Source: Alphaproteobacteria bacterium (GTDB taxonomy: Bacteria; Pseudomonadota; Alphaproteobacteria; Bin95). From it: a stretch of DNA of 64,000 bases. This document shows positions 63,388 through 64,000 of the stretch, in pieces; the stretch's first letter is position 1, and every line of letters begins with the position of its first letter. Under the pieces are notes generated by a model, which searched no databases, was not told the origin of the DNA, and saw nothing but the letters and a program-made list of their open reading frames with translations. A program made the position numbers and the translations under genes. The DNA is taken from contig OZ253490.1 in assembly GCA_965261985.1 (NCBI GenBank), positions 5,378,141 through 5,442,140 of the forward strand, given 5' to 3'.

Positions 63388-64000
63388 TGAGCAACCGGAT
63401 AGATGGGTAACACTATAGACCGGTTACATGAGTAACAGTGTTCGCGGTTCGTTGTGCTTCCGGGCGGCCCGGCCGGGCCGCCCGGAAGCCATGAAGTCTT
63501 TTCGTCCGGCGATCGATGATCCCGAGGTCGATGTCGGCGAAGCGAACGATCCAGTCGCCGCTGTCGGTCTCGGCGATGCCGACCGGCTCGCCCGCCAGCG
63601 GCGAGCTGATGAACACCAGGTCGCCGCCCCACTTGATCGACCCGTCCGTGCGCGCACCCGGCGCATTGCGTGCCAGGCATCGTACCAAGGCTCCTGAAGC
63701 CGCTCGGGGTAAGCCCGCGGCGAGGGCCGGTAGAACGACGCAGGCGGCTGCTGGCCGAGCGCCTCGTGGGGCCGGTTGGCGTTGAAGTCCTGGCGGAAGC
63801 GGTCGAAGCGGTCCTGTTGGCGCTCCATGCTCGCAGCCGGCGGCCTGGTCGTCTCGGTCGCCAAGGTCTTGTGCATGCGCTCGTGCCGCCCGTTCTGCTG
63901 GGGCTGGCCCGGGTCGATCCGCTCCAGCGCAATGCCGGCCTTGAGCCAGCCGACCGACAACCGGGACAGACCGCCCGCGCCCGTGCCGGCAAAGGGCGAC
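63388..64000 (-). mobile_element. IS481-family element, 3' part, transposase frameshifted; continues beyond the window
   Basis: PGQPQQNGRHERMH, NANRPHEAL; extra GC at about 63650 shifts DGSIKW; terminal repeats TGTTACTCATGTAACCGGT/TGTTACCCATCTATCCGGT. Confidence 0.85.

Overview
GC-rich alphaproteobacterial chromosome segment (inferred from ialB-rlmN-argG synteny, maeB, degP and the Do-type protease; the IS and toxin-antitoxin load is compatible with a host-associated lineage, but this is not provable here). It has three zones. (1) 1-2.7 kb: degP and an enolase-superfamily gene. (2) 3.3-36 kb: a decaying accessory region. It holds nested IS21/ISL3/IS481, a lower-GC amide-catabolism operon (Liv-type ABC transporter, small AtzG/GatC-like protein, amidase, truncated M29-fold gene) and a CoA-transferase/GntR/TRAP cluster with pseudogenes. 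It also holds a 10.7 kb defence-gene 'graveyard' (dynamin-like GTPase, metallophosphoesterase, HNH, helicase, RM and TA fragments, AAA ATPase) that appears to have been inverted between two oppositely oriented IS5 copies, followed by a tandem IS5/IS5/MITE/IS1182 array. (3) 36-64 kb: mostly core or metabolic genes (maeB, dacB, PhyH dioxygenase, acyl-CoA ligase, mct-like, rlmN, argG, gloB, class III aminotransferase), interrupted by a HEPN pair, a second amidase/small-subunit/ABC module flanked by a duplicated aminotransferase 3' end, Nmad3-like and BrnTA genes, and an IS481. The most notable observations are: 23-24 nt hairpin micro-insertions sharing an AGCCTGCCCC head at AAG/AGG^GGC sites inside the IS5 transposase; an inversion reconstructable from a split IS1182 left end; and a recurrent amidase + small partner + transporter (+ M29-fold) module present twice. 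No rRNA, tRNA or CRISPR array was seen. Family names come from motif recognition, not database searches.
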